64,000 nt of DNA from positions 25,586-89,585 of the forward strand of contig JAAZNV010000007.1 of assembly GCA_012798115.1 (NCBI GenBank), written 5' to 3'. The stretch's first letter is position 1; each line of letters begins with the position of its first letter. A model generated the notes under the pieces. The model was given only the letters and a program-made list of their open reading frames with translations, was not told the origin of the DNA and searched no databases. This stretch comes from a candidate division WWE3 bacterium (lineage in GTDB: Bacteria; Patescibacteriota; WWE3; UBA101185; UBA10185). Positions 59,179 to 64,000 of the stretch are shown piece after piece. A program made the position numbers and the translations under genes.

Positions 59179-59976
59179 TTAATTGCTTTCTGGACTTTTG
59201 TAATTTTTTATAATATCTGCAAAATGATTTACTCCTTCACACCATGATCCATCAGATGGTGGTGTATATGTCTTCATTATCTCACATGTGTTTGTTATAC
59301 CTTTTGAAAAAAACTTAGTTGAAAGATACTTTGATACAGTTTCTATGCCTCTTGCCCAGTTGTCAAATGAAAATGTTATATCTCCATACACTGCCCACCC
59401 CCATGCATTATATGTTTCCATCCCATTTACCTTGGGAGTGTTTTTTCCACAGCTTGATTCTTGAAAAGCAATGGAAGCTACTAACCACCATGGTATATTG
59501 TTTTTATCTGCTTCATACACAAATACATCTCCCATTCCTTCAAGAGGACAATTAAACATTTTAAACACTTCATTTATCTTTTGAGCTCTTGAATCTTTTG
59601 AATAAATTGTTGTTGTTGATTGTGAAAGAACAAGAGGTCTAGATGAATAAATAGCATATTTTGTTGTGTCTTGTGGCTTAGCCTTTTGAGGAGTAACCAT
59701 TAAGGTTATTAAGAAAGAAAATATAAAAACTACAGAAACAGAAGCCCATACTGTAGTTACATTTTTGCTTATTGTATTAGGTTTTATTCTTGACTTAACT
59801 TTTGAGATTAAACTTTCTTTAGTTAGAGTGATTACACTTGTAGATTGTATTTCAATAAGTGAGGTTAAAGTATCTTTTTTACGATTAGTCTTTTCCAACC
59901 ATTCTTTTTTAGGTTCTTTTAGTTTTAGCTTCTTGCCATTTTTATAGAAACATTTTCTAGAAATACTTGATTCCAT
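59179..59976 (-). CDS. Membrane-anchored glucosaminidase-like hydrolase (paralog of 57673-58239)
   Basis: LVASIAFQESSCGK..NAWGW..YTPP..W. Confidence 0.7.
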   Translation of the reverse strand: MESSISRKCFYKNGKKLKLKEPKKEWLEKTNRKKDTLTSLIEIQSTSVITLTKESLISKVKSRIKPNTISKNVTTVWASVSVVFIFSFLITLMVTPQKAKPQDTTKYAIYSSRPLVLSQSTTTIYSKDSRAQKINEVFKMFNCPLEGMGDVFVYEADKNNIPWWLVASIAFQESSCGKNTPKVNGMETYNAWGWAVYGDITFSFDNWARGIETVSKYLSTKFFSKGITNTCEIMKTYTPPSDGSWCEGVNHFADIIKNYKSPESN

Positions 59977-60291
59977 ATTGTTAGGTTACATTACCATATG
60001 TATTAAAAATTATTCAAGATGACAAATGTACACACTGCGAATGAATAAATTAACCGCCTTTGGTAAAGAAAGGCAGCTACTTGTTTTTACTTGTACATAT
60101 GCATATTTATACCAATTTCTTTTATCTTTTGACACAATGTATCAGATAAGTTTAAAAGTTACAAAGGTTTAAAGCAGAAATACGTTAACTGATTGGTCTA
60201 AATATTTTTTATTAACCTGCGTTAGCAGATGGTATTTATAGTTCCCAGCACCTACTGCGTTTTTAGCAACTGGTACACCACCTACAAGACT

Positions 60292-61377
60292 TTATCCTGT
60301 TATATTAAGCAATTGTGGAAAGGAGTATACATTTGGTCTGATTCCTGACCCTTTTTCTTCTAGATTTATAACAATACTGGTTAACTTTCTTAAAATATCT
60401 TTTGCAGTACTATCATTAATTTTAGTTTGTCTAATGAACTGAGATGTATTGAAATATGGATAAGAGAATATAAAGTCTAGAACTTTAATGTTATATTTTG
60501 AATTAGTTAGCCGGGCAATCTCTTCTTTTTTCTGGTTGTATAGTAAGTGGATACCTTTGGCTTTCTCAATATTAATTTGTGATTGTTCAATTACTGCACG
60601 TAAAAAGTAAGCAATCCAGCTATTCCAATCTCCTTTTTGAGAAATGTTAAGTAATTTTAGATAATATTCATCTCTGTTCCTTTCAAAGAAGGAACTAAGA
60701 TAAAACATTGGAGTTGAGAGTACCTTCTTGTAGTATAAGAACAATGGCATTATTATTCTTCCCACTCTACCATTGCCATCCCAAAACGGATGAATAATTT
60801 CAAATTGAGCATGGATAATTGCTAGTTGAACCAATGGATCTTTTTCCTCTATGTGTATATATGACTCAAAATTAGAAAAATACTTAGGTACTTCCTTCGC
60901 TTCAGGAGGAATAAATTTAGCCTCTTGAATTGTGGTACCTGCTTTGCCTATATAAACTCGCCCAGATCTAAACTCACCTAATATACCTGTGTTGGACCTC
61001 ACATCGGATAGTAGTATTTTATGAATTTCTTTTATAAGTCGAGCACTTAATGGTATTTCATCTAGTTTAGATGTTGCATACATTAAAGCCTTACGGTAGT
61101 TTAGTACTTCTTTTATATCTTCCCTCTTCTCTTCGAACTTCTTAGGATTTGCTTCATACTCCAATACCTCTTCTAAGGATGCTTGTGTTCCTTCAATCTT
61201 TGACGAAACAACAGCCTCTTGAGTAGTTAACGGAGATAACAACACTTTGGGGTTTGGGATTCCCTGGAGTAGTCCATCAAACTCTGCTATTCTAGCTCTA
61301 GCATTTCCAATAAGAGGTATAAATTCTACCCAATTCAAATCTTTAAGCGGAAGATTTTCTGGCATGAAAGCTTGCAT
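60292..61377 (-). CDS. Fic-family protein with N-terminal DUF4172-type region
   Basis: HPFWDGNGRVGR; inhibitory-type SSKIEG motif. Confidence 0.92.
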   Translation of the reverse strand: MQAFMPENLPLKDLNWVEFIPLIGNARARIAEFDGLLQGIPNPKVLLSPLTTQEAVVSSKIEGTQASLEEVLEYEANPKKFEEKREDIKEVLNYRKALMYATSKLDEIPLSARLIKEIHKILLSDVRSNTGILGEFRSGRVYIGKAGTTIQEAKFIPPEAKEVPKYFSNFESYIHIEEKDPLVQLAIIHAQFEIIHPFWDGNGRVGRIIMPLFLYYKKVLSTPMFYLSSFFERNRDEYYLKLLNISQKGDWNSWIAYFLRAVIEQSQINIEKAKGIHLLYNQKKEEIARLTNSKYNIKVLDFIFSYPYFNTSQFIRQTKINDSTAKDILRKLTSIVINLEEKGSGIRPNVYSFPQLLNITG

Positions 61378-61464
61378 ATGCCAATTGTATCATTTTCGGA
61401 TTTGACAAGGATATAAACCTCTTGGTCGAATCTGGAAAGCGATTGGCATATCATCCTTACCGTG

Positions 61465-62660
61465 CTACTTTGTTAGTTGCATTTTGTTTAAGAATTCGTT
61501 GAAATCATGCTTTGGCAAGACTTTCTCTACTTGATCTAAAAACCCTGATAAGTCACTGTTTAGGTAATACTCTAAGAAAGTGTCTATTCCTAATGTGTCT
61601 ACCACTTTTGCTAGTTCTGCTGTTTCAGTACTATATGCTGTCATTATTGAATAAACAGAGCTTTTGCTCTCCAAAGTACTTACAATGTTTCTAACAATAG
61701 CAGAAACCTTAGGTTTTATTTCCTTGGAGTTTACAGGCCCTATATCTTTTAAGAATGGGGTAGCAATTTCTGTTAAGAGTGTAGCAGCTACTTCATCGAT
61801 GTTTTTAGGTATAACATTAATATATAAATCTAAATCCTTTTCTTTTTCTTCCTTAATACTAAAACCATGAGCTAAGTACTCCTTTTCTTCTCCCATTTCG
61901 TCTAGCATTCTAATCGTCCTTCCTTTGGTAATAGCATGCATGATCTCATGGGTAAGAAAACCACCAGACTTAATATTTACTTGGTTTTCTATAACATTTG
62001 TTTCCTTGTTTGTTATTCCCTCGTTGCTATACTCAAGTACTATTGTTGAGGGCTGTTCTTGTTTGTTTAAGATTGTTACTGCTGCTATATTTGATTCAAT
62101 AGGGTTAACCACCCCATGGTGTTTTAGATATCAGGGAAGCTACTGCCATCTAGAACAAGAACTTTTATGTTCTTCTGGTTAGGTGAAAGTTTAATATCAA
62201 ATATATTTTCTATTGTGTTAATCTTCTTGTCACTTTCTTCTTGTACTTTTTCTATTGCTAATGTTAAGTTGTTCTTACATCTTTCATAGATGTTCCAGGC
62301 ATAGAGCGGATCTATGCTAATCTTCTTGGTCTCTTCTTTTATTATTGTGTTATAGATATGCCTATTGTTCATCCTATCAAATGTGATTATCTCGTCTGAA
62401 AGTATATAAGAAAACAAGTCTTTATCCTCAAAGCCACATCTTGATATTCTAAGTAGTTTATCCGTGCAAGTAGCTATATTTGGCCATAGTAAAGATTCTT
62501 CTTTATCTTTCTTAAAATCTTCAAATCTTTCACTAAATTTCTTATAATCTGCTCTAGATTCCTTCTTTATTACTTCAGTATTCCTTCCAATAGGAAAGCT
62601 GTCAAAGCTATAAAGATCATTAGAAATTGGTAATTTTTCTGAGTTGCTTATTCCTTTCAC
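61465..62660 (-). pseudogene. Frameshifted HExxH zincin-like gene split into two ORFs
   Basis: One extra base near 62128 would join ...SSFPD to YLKHHGVVNP...; THEIMH lies in the downstream part. Confidence 0.55.
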
Positions 62661-62724
62661 AATAACAATTATAGGTGTGTATCTTTTTACTACAATAAGT
62701 AGATTGTTTAAGAGATGATGTTTA

Positions 62725-62801
62725 TGGTCGGGGTGACAGGACTTGAACCTGCGACCTCACGGTCCCAAACCGTGCGCTCTAGCCAACTGAGCTACACCCC
62801 G
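62725..62801 (-). tRNA. tRNA-Pro(TGG)
   Basis: CGGGGTGTAGCTCAG...CACGG-TTTGGGA-CCGTG...GTTCAAGTC...CCCCGACCA. Confidence 0.97.
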
Positions 62802-62829
62802 TATTTTAGTATTCTACTATAAAAACAAC

Positions 62830-63516
62830 TTAAAAGAAGTTGATCCACTCATTTAAGATAATATCAAATGGATTTGACTCATATTCATCTCTAACATTAT
62901 GCATAAGATCAATGACATGTACTTTTACTGTATAAGTGCATAATTGATCTTTAGAACAAATTGGAGTTATGCTGTCCTTCTTGCTAATATTTCTGGAAAA
63001 CTCTGAAATTACAAAAACATCATTATCAATGAAGTAAGCTCTATCAAAATAACAATTTGCTCTTACTGAACAATCAAGAATTCTTGCATCAATAATCTTA
63101 TCTTCTTTTAGCCCATATAATCTTACTTGATTTGAAAGGATGTCTTCCCTATCTATGTTTCTATAATCTACAAAAATTTTTTCGCTTGGAGAAAATGCTA
63201 CTTTTTTAATATCTTTATGAGCATTAATAACACTTTCAAATTCTTCTTTTTTTCCTATCTCGTCAATAGAACTTACTGTCATCCATGTAGTATTATAGAT
63301 TTCGTTAGATTCTTTTAGTTTAAATTCATCTGCTTCTATATTTAATCCCTTGTTCTTTAAATTAGTAATCCATCTTTGAAACATCCTGTCATTTTCAACA
63401 TCAGTAGGAAGTTTTGATTTATCAACTGCTTTTTCTTGCTTTATATTAGAAAAAACTCCAATTGCTATGGATGTGAATATTAAAACTATAATTAAAACAT
63501 CAATATGTTTCTTCAT
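62830..63516 (-). CDS. Hypothetical membrane-anchored protein
   Basis: N-terminal TM helix, paired Cys; TATTAT-N6-ATG at 63516. Confidence 0.65.
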   Translation of the reverse strand: MKKHIDVLIIVLIFTSIAIGVFSNIKQEKAVDKSKLPTDVENDRMFQRWITNLKNKGLNIEADEFKLKESNEIYNTTWMTVSSIDEIGKKEEFESVINAHKDIKKVAFSPSEKIFVDYRNIDREDILSNQVRLYGLKEDKIIDARILDCSVRANCYFDRAYFIDNDVFVISEFSRNISKKDSITPICSKDQLCTYTVKVHVIDLMHNVRDEYESNPFDIILNEWINFF

Positions 63517-63581
63517 ACAGTAATAATACCTCATTGATAGTAAGTGTTTAAATTCCAAGTTATAATTTAGGTACAATATCA

Positions 63582-64000
63582 ATGAATAGAATGCTTGAAC
63601 ACATAGAAAGAAAACTACCTTTAGCAGAGCTTGTGTCCTTGCTTTTGTTTCTTGTTTTTGTTCCCTTAATACAAAAAGTAAATTTTATGCAAAATGATGA
63701 TTGGAATAGAACCACCAGCGTAATTAGGTTCTTACATGGAGATTTTTCTTTAATTCAAAAAACAGCAACTACTTTTTACACTCAAGGAATTTTAGGGTGT
63801 TTGTTTTCACTTGTCTTTGGATGGAAGAAGCTTCCTTTTTTAACCTTATTATTTTCCGTCTTAAATTTTTACTTATTAATGAAGATACTGCTGAATCATT
63901 CTAATCTAAGTAAAATAAAATCTTGTATCTTGTCTCTTCTTTTATTTTTTACTCCTCTTCATATGTATTCATCAATTGGATTTATGACAGAAAACTATAC
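63582..64000 (+). CDS. GT-C (PMT/ArnT-like) membrane glycosyltransferase, 3' end beyond window
   Basis: Manual translation: MNRMLEH..TM..FMQNDDW..multiple TM..SSIGFMTE; open to the window edge. Confidence 0.6.
   Translation, partial: MNRMLEHIERKLPLAELVSLLLFLVFVPLIQKVNFMQNDDWNRTTSVIRFLHGDFSLIQKTATTFYTQGILGCLFSLVFGWKKLPFLTLLFSVLNFYLLMKILLNHSNLSKIKSCILSLLLFFTPLHMYSSIGFMTENY

Noticed and set aside
59977-60291. 315-bp intergenic region as possible ncRNA or small gene
   Set aside because: No convincing ORF with a start signal and no recognisable RNA motif.

Overview
AT-rich bacterial DNA with the gene content of a Patescibacteria/CPR organism; WWE3 or Microgenomates affinity is my inference. Core blocks are a type IV pilin-pilMNO cluster, trmD-khpA-rpsP, rnc-ACP-nusB-rpmF, rsmD-recG, tyrS, a class A PBP, pheST, thrS-infC-rpmI-rplT, truB, iscS-iscU-mnmA-tig-clpP and three tRNAs (Val, Leu, Pro). 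Accessory genes are interspersed: an AbiEii-type toxin-antitoxin pair, AbiV, Fic, tmk/HD/thyX, an NHL-repeat protein and two lysozyme-like hydrolases. The most unusual region is 1-6430. There, a complete tyrosine-specific T-box riboswitch controls an M14/AstE-AspA deacylase and a GCS2-type carboxylate-amine ligase rather than a synthetase. Beside it lie an EamA transporter, a degenerate archaeal-type TyrRS catalytic domain lacking HIGH/KMSKS, a Pol-beta-like nucleotidyltransferase and a second intact TyrRS. I propose this as a candidate undescribed tyrosine/tRNA-Tyr-linked system. All calls come from motif recognition by eye; no searches were run.
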